Shown here: positions 22,580 to 36,032 of the stretch, piece after piece | Layout of the letters: each line of letters begins with the position of its first letter | How positions within the stretch are numbered: position 1 is the first letter of the stretch | Source: Squalus acanthias | Lineage: Eukaryota | DNA: 59,893 bases | Direction of reading: 5' to 3' | Assembly (NCBI GenBank): GCA_030390025.1 | Contig: JASTWF010000355.1 | Coordinates: 434,001 to 493,893, forward strand | Translations under genes and position numbers: made by a program | The notes under the pieces: model-generated | Told to the model about the DNA's origin: nothing | Seen by the model: only the letters and a program-made list of their open reading frames with translations | Database searches by the model: none

Positions 22580-23735
22580 ACAGGTATAGGATGTAACGAG
22601 ACTTTCATAACAGAAGCTGATATATACAGAGTTAGGCCCATACTCACATACCAGAGACCGATAGATACAGAGTGAATATCACATATCAGAGACTGATAGA
22701 TACAGAGTGAATATCACACAGCAGAGGCTAATAGATAAAGACTCAAAACCCATATTCATAATCCAGAAACTGACGGATTGCGAATAAACCTTCTCTTCCA
22801 TAGCAGAAATTGATAGGAAGATAGGACTGACTGATATGGAATAAATTCACAGATGTGACGGTTTTGAGTAAAAGCCAAATTCACACACCAGAGACGGAGA
22901 GGTGCAGAGGAAAATCCACACTCACACACCATAGACTGAAATAAAGATATCTAAACCAAAACTCTAATTTCAGAAATTGAAAGTTACAGCATCAAAACTA
23001 AACTAAGATATCACAAACTTACAGGCAGAGTGAAACACACACACTCATTAGACAGTGTAAGGTACAAAGTAAAATCCACATTCACGTACAAGAAATTGAC
23101 GGGTGCAAAGTAAACCCCCCTCTCATATATCAGAAACTGACATATAGAGTAAAACCCAGACTCACATGTCAGAGGCGGACAGATGCAGAATACAACTCAC
23201 ATTCACATGTAGAGGGTGAATGATAAAGAGTAAATCCCAAACTCACATATCAGAAAGTTTGAGGTACAGAATAAAGCCTATACTCACATACCAGACACTG
23301 ACAAGTACAGAGAAACACCCACACTCACATACCAGTAACTGAGAGTTACAGCGGATAATCCACACTCACATATCAGAAATTGACAAGCAGAGTAAAACCC
23401 ACAGTGCATATCAGACACTGACTGATAGAGCTTAACAGAACTGTCACATAACAGAGACTTACAAATCGAGGGTAAAACCCATGCACACATTCCAGAGCTT
23501 GAGAAGTACAGAGTAAAGCCTCTCTTCCATACCAGAAAATAACAGGTACAAAATAAAACCCGCACTTCCATAACAGAGTTGGACATGTAGACTCAAACAC
23601 AGGCTCTTACATCAAGACATTGACAGATACAAAGAAAAATGCTCACTCACTTACCAGACAACAACAGGTAAAGAATAAATCACACACTTACATTCCAGAT
23701 ACAGACAGGTACAGAGTAAAACCCACACTCACAGA
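22580..23735 (+). repeat. Degenerate ~41-bp satellite matrix
   Basis: Recurrent CTCACATACCAGA.ACTGACAG.TACAGAGTAAAACCC motif; similar decayed tracts at 15300-15620, 21060-21290, 24960-25180, 28110-28620, 38250-39080 and 51800-53690. Confidence 0.8.
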
Positions 23736-23842
23736 GCATTAAATAACCGTTGCAGAGTAATGCCAGAAACAAATGTGCTGTACCTTTCTGTGATTGCTTA
23801 AAAGGACAATATCCCGATGGATAATTCGACTAAATTAATGCT

Positions 23843-23989
23843 GTGGTCTCCTCTTAAAAGAGCCGTTGATTTTTTATGCTTGTTCAGTGTGTTGTGAAAT
23901 TTATATGCAATGGCCACCGGCATTGTCCCTTCCGACACGGCGTGCTTGGCCAGCTCCCCGGGCAGCATCAGACTCACGGCGGTCTGGAT
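23843..23989 (-). pseudogene. H2B: Histone H2B C-terminal fragment with degenerate 3' stem-loop
   Basis: IQTAVSLMLPGELAKHAVSEGT; downstream AACGGCTCTTTTAAGAGG. Confidence 0.85.
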
Positions 23990-24232
23990 GTGTGTACACA
24001 ATCCGGACACTCCCAAACTATTAGAGGTTGGTGCCATCTCCTGGCTGCCAGCCAGTAGTGCAACAAGATAACCATTCATCAGCAACCATTTTAAATTGGA
24101 GAGAAATGACCTGAACAACTTGTTTACGTTCAGATTGAAATGATTGCACAGTGTTTCATTCGTACTGACTAAAGTACCAAAGACCTATGGCGAGTGATCT
24201 GTAAATACAAACACTTACATTTTTAACTTAGA

Positions 24233-24305
24233 GCGATAGTGTTGCAGTGGTGAGTGCAGCTGCCCTTTCTAGCGAGTTGATTCGGGTTCGAATCGCGGCA
24301 TCGCA
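24233..24305 (+). pseudogene. Degenerate tRNA-Gly-like pseudogene
   Basis: GCGATAGTG..AGTGGTGAG..GCTGCC..CGGGTTCGAATC..CATCGCA; collinear with the tRNA at 31406; anticodon arm disrupted. Confidence 0.6.
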
Positions 24306-24667
24306 ACTAGACTCCTGTTAATACAGAATAGGCCACCCTATAGCAGATTAATGCCTTCCAGCAAATGCCATTTCTCTAAAATTTACAAATAAGATTCATC
24401 ATCTATTTGCTTCTCCACAAAAATTGATTTTTAATTTATTTTTATGGATAGTTAATTTTTAACCGATAAAGGATTTTAAAATAACAAATGGGGTGAGGGC
24501 TCAGTCCAAGCGAGATAACTATTCACAGTGGCCATTTTTAATTGAAGGGAAAGTGCCTCAGCATAGTGCTGACGTTCTGATTAAAATGATTACTATGTGT
24601 CTTACTTGACCAACTCTGGAGCCAAAAGAACGATATAGTCCCTAAATATACTTATCAGCATATGTGG

Positions 24668-24739
24668 GCCATGGTGGTATAGTGGTGAGCATAGCTGCGT
24701 TCCAAGCAGTTGAAACAGGTTCGATTCCCGGCTATCGCA
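24668..24739 (+). pseudogene. tRNA-Gly(TCC) pseudogene
   Basis: Paralog of 31406-31477 with mismatches in the acceptor and T stems (ACAGG/CCCGG). Confidence 0.75.
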
Positions 24740-25189
24740 ACCGAGGTGCTTTTAATACCCCACGCAGGTCAGAACGGATTTATGGAACGTTGCAGCAGGA
24801 TTTTAGGAGAAAAAATATCCATTTTACTTGCATCTTCCATGGAATCCCATGCATCTCCCATAGAATTAAAAAGGAATCTCAAAACAATGGCAACAATGGT
24901 CGTCAAAAAAGAGAGAAGAGTTCAGGTCACAAACAGTGCAATGGATACTGCAGGGGAATGTCACGTATCAAAGATTGAAAGGTACAGAATAAAACAAACA
25001 CTCCCACGACAGAAACTGGCAGATACAGAGTAAAGCCCATATGCAATTACAAGTAATTGACAGGTGCAGGGTGAAAATCTCTCTTCCATACCAAAAAGTG
25101 ACAGGTACAATGAAAAGCCACCCTCAATTAAGCAGAAATTCGCAGGTAAAGAGTAAGACTGAAAATCACATTTCAGAGATTGTTTCCTC

Positions 25190-27368
25190 GAAACATAGAA
25201 ACATAGAAGATTGGAGCAGGAGTAGGCCATTCGGCCCCTCGAGCCTGCTCCGCCATTTAATGAGATCATGGCTGATCATCAAAATTCAGTACCCTGTCCC
25301 TGCTTTCTCCCCATATCCCTTGATGCCCTTAGCCTTAAGAAATATATCTAACTCCTTCTTGAATTTATTTAATGCATTGAACTCAACTGTCTTCTGTAGT
25401 AGAGAACTCCACAGGTTCACCACTCTCTGGGTGAAGAAATTCCTCCTCATCTCAGTCCTAAATGGCTTACCCCTTATCCTTAGACTGTGACCCCTGATTC
25501 ATGACTCCCCCACCATCGGGAACATCCTTCCTGCAACTAGTCTATCTAGTCCTGTTAGAATTTTATATGTTTCACTGAGATCCCCTCTCATTCTTCTAAC
25601 TCGAGCGAATACAAGCTCATTTGACCCAATCTCTCTTCATACGTCATTCCTACCATCCCAGGTTTCAGTCTGGTGAATCTTCGCTGCACTCTCTCCATGG
25701 CAAGAACATCCTTCCTCAGAGAAGGCGACCAAAACGGCACACAATTCTGAAGGTATTATGTCACTAAGGCCCTGTACACCTGCAGCAATATATCCTTGCT
25801 CCTGTACTCGAATCCTCTCGCAATGAAGCCAACATACCATTTGCTTTCTTAAGCGCCTGCTGCACCTGCATGCTTACCTTCAGCGACTGGTGCACAAGGA
25901 CACCCAGGTCTCGTTGCACTTCCCCTTCTCCAAATCTATTGCCGTTCAGATAATAATATGCCTTCCCGTTTTTGCCACCAAAGTGGATAACCTCGCATTA
26001 TACTGCATCTGTCATGCATCTGCCCAATCATTCAACCTGTCCAAATCATACTGGAGTTTCTCTGCATCCTCCTCACAGCACACACGCCCACCCAGCTTTG
26101 TGTCGTCTGCAAACTTGGAGATATTACATGTAGTTCCCTCGTCTAGATCAGTAATATATACTGCGAATAACTCGGGTCCTGGCACCGAACCCTGCGGTAC
26201 CCCACTAGTCACTGCATGCCACTACGAAAAAGACCCGTTGCTTCCAACTCTCTGCTTCCTGTCTGCCAAACAGTATTCTATCCAAGACAGTACCTTTCCC
26301 CCAATCCAGTGTTATTTAACTTTGCATGCAAATCTCTTATGCGGGACCTTATCGAAAGCCATCTGAAAGTCCAAATACACCACATCCACTGGTTCTCCCT
26401 TATCTATTGTAACAGTTACATCCTCAAAAAATTCCAGTAGATCAGACAAGCATGATTTACCTTTTGTAAATCCATGTTGACTTTGTCCGATCCTGTCACT
26501 GTTTTCCAAGTGCTCTGCTATTACATCTTTTATAATGGACTCTAGCATTTTGCCCACTACCGATGTCAGGCTTACCGGTCTATAATCCCCATTTTCTCTC
26601 TAGCACCTTTTTAAAAAAACGTGGGGTTACATTAGTTACCCTCCAATCCATGGGAACTGTTCCAGACTCTATTAAATTTTGGAAGGTGACCAGCAATGCA
26701 TCTACTATTTCTAGGGCCACTACCTTAATACCCTAGGATGTAGATTATCAGGCCCTGCGGATTTATTGGCCTTCAATCCCGTCAATTTCCCTAACACCAT
26801 TTCCCTACAAATACTGATTTCATTCTATTCCTCCCTCTCATTAGACCGTATGTTCCCCGACATCTCTGGGAGTTTATTTGTGTCATCCTTTGTGAAGACA
26901 GAACCAATAGTATGTATTTAAATGTTCCGCCATTTTTTTCTTCCCCATTATAAATTTCCCTGATTCTGACTGCAAGGGACCTACGCTTGACTTCACCAAT
27001 CTTTTTTTCTTCACATATCTATAGAAGATTTTACAGTCATGTTTTTATGTTCCTTGCAAGCTCACTCTGATACTCTATTTCCCCCCGCTTAATTAATCCC
27101 TTTGTCCTCCTTTGCTGAATCCTAAACTATTCCCAATTCTCAGGTTTTCTGTTTTTTCTGGCGAATTTATATGTCCACTCCTTGAATCTTATGCTATCCC
27201 TAATTCCCCTTATTACCCACGTTTGAGTCACCTTTTTTGTTTTATTTTTATGCCAAACAGGGATGAACAAATTCTCTGGTTCATCCTTGCAACCTTTAAA
27301 TGTTTGCCATTGCCTATCCACGGTCAACCCTTTAAGTAACATTCCCCAATCCATCCTACCCAATTCGC
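25190..27368 (-). mobile_element. 5'-truncated CR1/HER1 LINE
   Basis: [37 protein letters not shown] on minus strand; GAAACATA tail repeats. Confidence 0.9.
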
Positions 27369-28115
27369 CACCATACCAGAGACAGAAAGATAGACAGAAA
27401 CTCACACTACCATACCAGAGACAGACAGATAGACAGAAACTCACACTCCCATACCGGAGACAGACTAATAAACTGAAACTCACACTCCCATACTAGAGAC
27501 AGACAGGTAGACAGAAACTCACACTCCCATACCAGAGACAGACAGATAGACAGAAACTCACACTCACATACCAGAGACAGACAGATAGACAGAAACTGAC
27601 ACGCCAATACCAGAGACAGACAGACAGAAACTCACACTCCCATACAGAGACAGACAGATAGACAGAAACTCATACTCCCATACCAGAGACAGACAGATAG
27701 ACAGAAACTCACACACCCATACCAGGGAGAGACAGACAAATAGGCAGTAACTCACACTCCCATACCTGAGACAGACAGATAGACAGAAACTCACACTCCC
27801 ATACCAGAGACAGACAGGTGGACATAAACTCACACTCCCATACCAGAGACAGATAGGTGGACAGAAACTCACACTGCAATACCAGAGACAGACAGGTGGA
27901 CATAAACTCACACTCCCATACCAGAGACAGACAGACAAATAGGCAGTAACTCACACTCCCATACCAGAGACAGACAGGTAGACAGAAACTCACACTCCCA
28001 TACCAGAGACAGACAGGTACAGAGTAAAAGTCACACTCCCATACCAGAGACAGGCAGATAGACATAAACTCACACTCCCATAACAGAGACAGACAGGTAC
28101 AGAGTAAAACACACA
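27369..28115 (+). repeat. ~39-bp tandem repeat array
   Basis: Unit CTCACACTCCCATACCAGAGACAGACAGATAGACAGAAA with 4-bp slippage variants. Confidence 0.9.
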
Positions 28116-28620
28116 CTCACAGACTTAACTAAAACGCACATTCACGTCAAAGAAACTGAGAGTTAAAGAGAAAAACCCACACGCACAATCCAGAGACTGA
28201 CATTTACAGAATGAAATCCTCTCTCACATACCAGAGATTGAAAGTCATACAGTCAAACACACATTCACATCCCAGAGACTGACAGATACAGCGTAAATCA
28301 CAGAAAATGACAGACACAGAGTAAATTCCACACTCTCATCCCAGAGACTGACAAATACAGAGTAAAACCAACACTCACATCCCAGAAAGAGACAACTATA
28401 GAGTAAAGTTAGCATTCTCATCAAAGTCACTGAAAGATACAGAGTCAAACACACACTCACATAACAGATATTGACAGATACATGTTACAATACACAAACC
28501 CATGCCAGAAAATAGCACGTACTGATTAAAACACTCATTCATATAACATAAACTGTCAAGTACAGCATAAAAATCACAAGAACATTCCAGAAACTGAGAG
28601 GTAAATAATAAAATCTACAT

Positions 28621-30028
28621 TCACATACCAGAAACTGACAGGTAAATTACAAAACCCCACTCAAATACCAGACACTGACAGGTACAGGACACAACCCCAC
28701 TCACATACCAGAAACTGACAGGTACAGGACACAACACAACCCAGATATCAGAAACTGACAGGTACAGGACAAATCCCCACTCAAATACCAGAAACTGACA
28801 GGTACAGGACAAAAACCCCACTCCCATACCAGAAGCTGACAGGTACAGGACAAAACCCTACTTAATATCAGAAACTGACAGGTACAGCACAAAACCCCAG
28901 TCACATACCAGAAACTGACATGTACAGGACAAAACCACACTCTGATACGAGAAACTGACAGTTACAGGACAAAACCGCACTCACATACCAGAAACTGACA
29001 GGTACAGGACACAACCGCACTCAGATATCAGAAACTGACAGTTACAGGACAAATCCCCACTCAAATAACAGAAACTGACAGGTACAGGACAAAACACCAC
29101 TCCCATACCAGAAGCTGACAGGTACAGGACACAACCACACTCAGATATCAGAAACTGACAGTTACAGGACAAATCCCCACTCAAATACCAGAAACTGACA
29201 GGTACAGGACAAAACACCACTCCCATACCAGAAGCTGACTGGTACAGGACAAAACCCCACTTACATATCAGAAACTGACAGTTACAGCACAAAACCCCAC
29301 TCACATACCAGAAACTGACAGGTACAGGACAAAACCCCACTCACTTACCAGAAACTGACAGGTACAGGGCTAAACCCCACTCACACACCAGAAACTGACA
29401 GGTACAGGACAAAACCCCACTCACATACCAGAAACTGACAGGTACAGGACAAAACCCCACTCACATACCAGAAACTGACAGGTACAGGACAAAACCCCAC
29501 TCACATACCAGAAACTGACAGGTACAGGACAAAACCCCACTTACATATCAGAACCTGACAGGTACAGGACAAAACCACACTCACATACCAGAAACTGACA
29601 GGTACAGGACAAAACCCCACTTACATATCGGAACCTGACAGGTACAGGACAAAACCCCACTCACTTACCAGAAACTGACAGGTACAGGACAAAACCCCAC
29701 TTACATATCAGAACCTGACATGTACAGGACAAAACCCCACTCACATACCAGAAACTGACAGGTAAAGGACAAAACCCCACTCACACACCAGAAACTGACA
29801 TGTACAGGACAAAACCACACTCAGATACGAGAAACTGACAGTTACAGGACAAAACCACACTCACATACCAGAAACTAACAGGTAAAGGACAAAACCCGAC
29901 TCACATATCAGAACCTGACAGGTACGGGACAAAACCCCACTCACATACCAAAACTGACAGGTACAGGACAAAACCTCACTCACATACGAGAAGCTGACAG
30001 ATACTGGACAAAACCCCAGTCACATACT
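28621..30028 (+). repeat. 40-bp tandem repeat array (~35 units)
   Basis: Unit TCACATACCAGAAACTGACAGGTACAGGACAAAACCCCAC. Confidence 0.95.
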
Positions 30029-30029
30029 C

Positions 30030-30182
30030 CATAACTAACAGCACTGTGGGAGTACCTTCATTGCGCGGACTGCAGCGGTTCAAGAAGTCGTTTCACTCCT
30101 ACCTTCTCAAGAGCAATTAAGGATGGACAATAAATGCTGGCATTGCCAGCGAAGCCCACATCCCATAAACGAATAAAAAAAA
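30030..30182 (+). mobile_element. 3' end of a LINE with poly(A) tail
   Basis: ..NSTVGVPS..GLQRFKK..LLKSN* followed by AATAAA and an A-rich tail. Confidence 0.55.
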
Positions 30183-30461
30183 GCAGACTCACATCCCAGA
30201 GCCTGAACGATACAGAGAAAAACCGCACTCACACACCAGAAACCTCGTGATACTAAATAAACCTACATTGACATGCTACAGACTGAGAGGTACAGCATTT
30301 TACCCACTCTTCCATACCAGAAATGGACAGGTACATAATAAAGCCCACATTCACAGACCAGAAGCTGATAGTTACAAACAAAAACCCGCGCTCACATTAA
30401 TGTTCTGTGATTCTATAAAAGGACGATAGCCGGAATTAATAATTCGACTAAATTAATGCTG

Positions 30462-30610
30462 TGGTTTCCTCTTAAAGGAACCGCTGCTTTTGTTTTAGGC
30501 TTTTTCAGTGCGTTGTGAAATGTATTTGCAATGTCCACCGGCATTGTCCCTTCCGACACAGCGCGCTTGGCCAGCTCCCCGAACAGCACCAGACTCACGG
30601 CGGTCCGGAT
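30462..30610 (-). pseudogene. H2B: Histone H2B C-terminal fragment, copy 2
   Basis: IRTAVSLVLFGELAKRAVSEGT; paralogous to 23843-23989. Confidence 0.8.
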
Positions 30611-30829
30611 GTGTATACTCAATCCGCACACTCCAAACTATTGGAGTTTGGTGCCATCTCCTGGGTGCTAGACAGTAGTGCAACAAGATAACAATTCATC
30701 AGCAACTATTTTAAAATGGAGAGAAGTAACCTGAACACTTTGTTTACGTTCAGGTTGAAATGATTGTAAAGTGTTTTAGTCGTCCTGACTAAAGTTCCTA
30801 TATACAGGTGCTTACATTTTAAACTTAGA

Positions 30830-30900
30830 GCGATGGATGTGAAGTGGTGCGCTGAGCAACAATTCCGAGCGAGTTCATTTGGGTTCGTTTCGCTGCCACG
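30830..30900 (+). pseudogene. Highly degenerate tRNA remnant, paralog of 24233-24305
   Basis: Same position in the duplicated cassette (AACTTAGAGCGAT..AGTGGT..GCGAGTT..GGGTTCG). Confidence 0.4.
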
Positions 30901-31174
30901 CTCCTGTTCACACTTTAGGTCACCCTATCGCTGTTTAATGACTTCCAGCAAATGCCATTTCACTAAAATTTACAAAACACATTCATCATCCATTTGCTTC
31001 TCCCACAAAATTTATTTTTGTCGATAACTATTTTTTTAATTATATAGAAATTTCAAATAATAAATGGAGTGAGGGCTCAGTCCAAGCGAGATAACTAGTC
31101 ACAGTGGCCATTTTTAAGTCGAGGTAAAGTGCCTCAGCATCGTGATTACTTCTGATTAGAACGTTTGCTAAGTA

Positions 31175-31330
31175 TCTTGAATAAAAACAGAAAATGCTGG
31201 AAATATTCAGCAGGTTATGCAGCATCAGTACTCTGCTTCTCTCTCCACAGATGCTGCCTGACCTGCTGAGTATTTCCAGCATTTTCTGTTTGTATTTCAG
31301 ATTTCCAGCATCCGCAGTAATTTGCTTTTG
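31175..31330. mobile_element. Short hairpin-forming insertion flanked by direct repeats
   Basis: Inverted repeat AAACAGAAAATGCTGGAAATA.TCAGCAGGT (31185-31215 vs 31261-31291); TTTGCTAAGTA at 31164 and 31327; absent from the paralogous cassette near 24600. Confidence 0.65.
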
Positions 31331-31405
31331 CTAAGTAACTTATTTGCTCTGCTTAAGAGCCGATAGAAGTAATGATACCTTAAATATAATATTGTGAACA
31401 AGTGC

Positions 31406-31477
31406 GCGATGGTGGTATAGTGGTGAGCATAGCTGCCTTCCAAGCAGTTGACCCGGGTTCGATTCCCGGCCATCGCA
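31406..31477 (+). tRNA. tRNA-Gly(TCC)
   Basis: 72 nt; acceptor stem GCGATGG/CCATCGC; anticodon arm GCTGC-CTTCCAA-GCAGT; T arm CCGGG-TTCGATT-CCCGG; TTTT terminator at 31488. Confidence 0.92.
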
Positions 31478-31906
31478 ACGGCGGTAATTTTAATAACCTT
31501 CATAGGTAAGAACTGATTTTTGTTACCTTGTTTCGCTAAAGAATTATCTATGCAATTAATTAAAATTGACAAAATACTTTCATCAAGTATGTGCGTCTCC
31601 CATAGAATTAAAAAGGACTTTCAACTGATCAATGAGTTTTCAGTCAGAAACAATGGTTAAAATTCTATTTAAGAAACACAAAAAAGGGAGAAGAGCAGAT
31701 TTCAGGTCACACACAGGGTTGTGGATGCTCCAGTGGAAGGTATTACTAAAATAACTAATGTCGTTACAGCAGCAGTAACAGATAAGACACGTGTTAAATT
31801 AAAAGGTGTGAGAAAGGCAGCAACAGGGCAGGCAGAATGTCAGGGGAGGGTTCTTGCCCAAGGAAGAGATTTACAGACTGTCACGTGAAGTATAATCATC
31901 GTTCCA

Positions 31907-34900
31907 AGACATTTACAGCACAGAGTGAGGCTATTCGGCCCATCTTGTCCGTGCCGGCCGACAAAGTGCTATCTACCCTAATGCACCTTCCCAGCACTTG
32001 CTCCGTAGCCTTGTAGGTTACAGCACTTCAAGTGTATATTCAAGTACTTTTTAAATGTGATGAGGGTCTCTGACTCTACCACACTTTCAGGTACTGAGTT
32101 CAAGACCCCCATCACCCTGTGGGTGAAAGAAATTATCCTCAAATACCCTCTAAACCTCGAACCAACTACTTTAAATCTATAGCCCCTGCATATAGACCCT
32201 TCTGTTAAGGGAAATAGGTCCTCCCTATCCACTCTATTTAGGCCCCTCAACATTTTATAACCTCAATTAAATCTCCCCTCAGCCTCCTCTGTTTGAAAGA
32301 AAACAACCCCAGCCAATCCAATCTTCCCTCACAGCTAACATTCCCCAGCCCAGGCAACATCCTCGTAAATCTCGTCTAAACCCTCTCTAGTACAATCACA
32401 TCTTTCCTGTAATGTGGTGAACAGAACTGCACCCAGTACTCTAGCTGCGGCCTAACTAGTGTTTTATACAGTTCAAGCATAACCCCCCTGCTCTTGTATT
32501 CTACGCCACGGCTGATAAAGGCAAGTATTCTGTAGGCTTTTTTAACCATTTTATCTACCTGTCCTGCTACCTTCAGGGATATGTCGACATGCTCTCCAAG
32601 GTCCCTCTGATCCTCTGCACTTTCAAGTATCCTACCATTTATTGTGTGAACCCTCCCCAAATGCATCACGTCATACTTCTCCGGATTGAATTCCATTTGC
32701 CTCTGTTTTGCCCACCTGACAGGTCCATTGATATCTTCCTGCAGTCTACAGCTTTCTTCTTTATTATCAACCACACAGCCAATTCTTAATCATACTTCCC
32801 ACATTCAAGTCTAAATCATTGATATATACCACAAAAAGTAAAGGACCCAATACTGAACCCTGCAGAACCCCACTGCAAACAGCCTTCCAATCATAAAAAT
32901 ACCCTTCAAACATTACCCTTTTTTTCCTTCCTCTGAACCAATTTTGGATCCAACCTGCCACTTTGCCTTGGATCCCATGGGCTTTTACTTTCATGACCAG
33001 TCTGCCATGCGGGACCTTATCAAATGCCTCGCTAAAATTCATATAGACTACATCAAATGCACTACCCTCATCGACCCTCCTTGTTACCTCCTCAAAAAAT
33101 TCAATCACGCCCTTCCCTTAACAAATCCATGCTGACTGCTCCTGATTAATCCGTGTCTTTCTAAATGAAGATTTATCCTGTCCCTCAGAATTTTTTTCAA
33201 TAATTGTCTCACCACCGAGGTTAGGCTGACTGGCCTGTAATTACTCGGTCTATCCCGTTCTCCCTTTTTAAACAATGGTGCTACATTAGCCGTCCTCCAG
33301 CACCCCACCTGTAGCTAGAGAGGATTGGATAAATTATGATCAGAGCATTTCCTATTTCCTCTTACTTCTCTTCACAGTCTGGGATACATTTAATCTGGGC
33401 CTGGTGATTTATCCACTTTCAAAGATTTTAAACACCTTAATACTTCCCCTTTCACTCTGCTTATTTCATCTAATATTTCACATTCCTCCTCCCTGATTGC
33501 AATGTCTGCATCGTCCCTCTCTTTAGTGAAAAAAGACGCAAAGTATTCATTAAGAACCATACCCATGACTTCCGCCTCCAAACACAGAATACCTTCATGG
33601 TCCCTGATATGCCCTACTCTTACATTAGTTATCCTATTGCTCTTAATGTATTTATGTGTACATCTTTGGGTTTTCCTTGATTTTAATTGCCAACATTTTT
33701 TCATGCCCTCTTTGCTTTCCTAATTTCCAATTAATTTCACCCCCGCACTTTCTAAACTCGTCTAGGGTTTCTGCAGTATTGAGACCTCGGTATCTGTCAT
33801 AAGCTTCCCTTTTTTTCTTTAACATTCCCTGTATGCCCCTTGACATCCAGGGAGCTCTAGATTTGTTAGTCCCACCATTATTCTTTAAGGGAACATACTT
33901 GCTCTGAGCCCTCACTATCTCCTCCTTGAATGCCTCCCACTGCACTCATTCATCGTCAAGTTTCTGTCTCCAGTCCACTTTAGCTAAATCACAACTCAGC
34001 TTAGTAAAATTAGCTTTTCCCCGATTGAGAATTTTATTCCTGGTCTATCCTAGTCCTTTTCCATAACTACACTAAATCTAACTGAATTATGATCACTACC
34101 ACCAATATGCTCTCCCACTAATACTATTTCCACCTGGAGAGCTTCATTCCATAAAACGAGATCCAGAACCACCCCCTCTCTTGATGGGCTTGCTCTGTAC
34201 TGGCTAAAATAGTTTTCCTGAATGCATTTTAAGAATTCTGCTCCCTCTATAACTTTCACACTAATTTTATCCCAGTTAATATTAGGGAAGTAGAAATCGC
34301 CGAATATTGATGTCCTATTTTTGTTCGTCTCAGAAATGTACCTACATATTTGCTCTTCTTTCCCCCTCTGACTTTTTGGGGGTCTATAGTACATTCCCAG
34401 CAGTGTGATTTCCCTTTTTTTGGTTTTCAGTTCATCCCATATGGCCTCATTGGATGATCCTTCTAATGTATATCATCCCTCCTCACAGCTATAATTGTTT
34501 CTTTAATCAATATTGCGACCCCCTCCTTTTATATCCCCCTTTATATCTCGTCTGAAAACACTGTAACCAGGAATGTTGAGCTGACATTCCTGCCCTTCTT
34601 TCAGCCATGTCTCAGTAATGGGCATAATATCATACTCCCATGTGTCTATCTGTGCCCGCAGCAGATCTGCTTTATTCCCTAGATTCCTTGCATTGAAGAA
34701 TATACCATTTAGCACTGCCAAACTCCCTTGTTGTCTATTTTCTAGCCTTTGTTTCATCTGCCCTCCAATCTTGCTTACCAATTTTCTGCCTTCCATTTTC
34801 TGCTTTGCTTCTCTCCCTTCTGAATCTACTCTCAGGTTCCCATCCCCCTGGCAAGCTGGATTAAAGGTTCCCCAACAGCACTAAGAAATCCCTCCCCCCT

Positions 34901-35663
34901 CCCACTACCCCTCCCCCCCCCGCCCCCGCAAACCCCAGGAGGATATTGGTCCCGGTCCTGTTGAGATGCAACCCGTCCGGCTTGTACAGGTCCCACTCCC
35001 CCCCCCGCCCAGAAACGGTACCAATGCCTCAGGAATCGAAAGCCCTCCCTCCAGCACCATCACTCGAGCCACGCATTCATCTGCTCTATCCTCCTATTCC
35101 TTTACTCACCAGAACGTGGCACCGGGAGTAATCCAGAGATTCCTGCCTTTGAGGTCCTGCTTTTTATCTCTTTCCTAGCTCCCTAATATTTGATTGCAGG
35201 AACTCATCCCTCTGCTTTTGGTACCAGTATGGACCACGACATCTGGCTGTTCACCCTCCACTCTCAGAAAGTCCTGCACCGCTCAGTGACATCCTTGACA
35301 ATGACACCAGGGAGGCAACATACCATCGTGGCGTCACGTCAGCGGCCGCATAATTGCCAGTCTGCACCCCGAACTATCAACTAACCTATGACTGTTGATC
35401 TTCCACTCTTCTTCCTCCCCCCTGTGCCATGCACTTGGCTCTGGCTGCAGTCCCCAGAGGAACAATCACCCCCACCAGTATTCAAAGCTGAAAACCGGTT
35501 AACGAACGAGAAGCACTCAGGGGATTCCTGCCCTACCTGCCTGGTGCTCCTCTTCTGTACGGCGGTCGCCCATTCCCTCTGTGCCTGCACACTCTTATGC
35601 TGCGGGGTGACCACCTCCTGAAACGTGATATCCACGAAGTTCTCAGACTCGCGGATATATCGC
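31907..35663 (-). mobile_element. Long degraded CR1 LINE (ORF1 esterase part plus whole ORF2)
   Basis: FFNARNL, ITETWL, YYRPP, SDHN, KSPGPD, NYRPVSLTS, FDKVPH, QGSVLGP, EYWVQF in order on minus strand; ORF1 FVDITFQEVVTP. Confidence 0.9.
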
Positions 35664-36032
35664 ACACTGACACACTGTACCAGAAAGGGACAGATTCAGT
35701 ATCTATCCCATATTCAGCAGCGAATCCCACATTGACGCATAGTTCCAGAGTGACAGAGGCAGTGTCTGTCCAACACTCAATGATCAAACACACTTTTCAC
35801 ACTAGAATCGGGTGAGCGCGTCCATCTGCTTTTAATGGTTGTTTGGAGTTTACAGCAGGACCAATAAATTACTTGGCAATGGTTTTCAGCTGAACATAAA
35901 CACGGTGCTGTGGTATCTCTGTCGAATTTTGATGTTTTTTACTGAATGATTGTCACGTGTTGCAGTACTCACTTTCAGCCAGGAGATGGCACCAAGCTCC
36001 AATAGTTTGGAGTGCACGGATTGTGTCCACAT

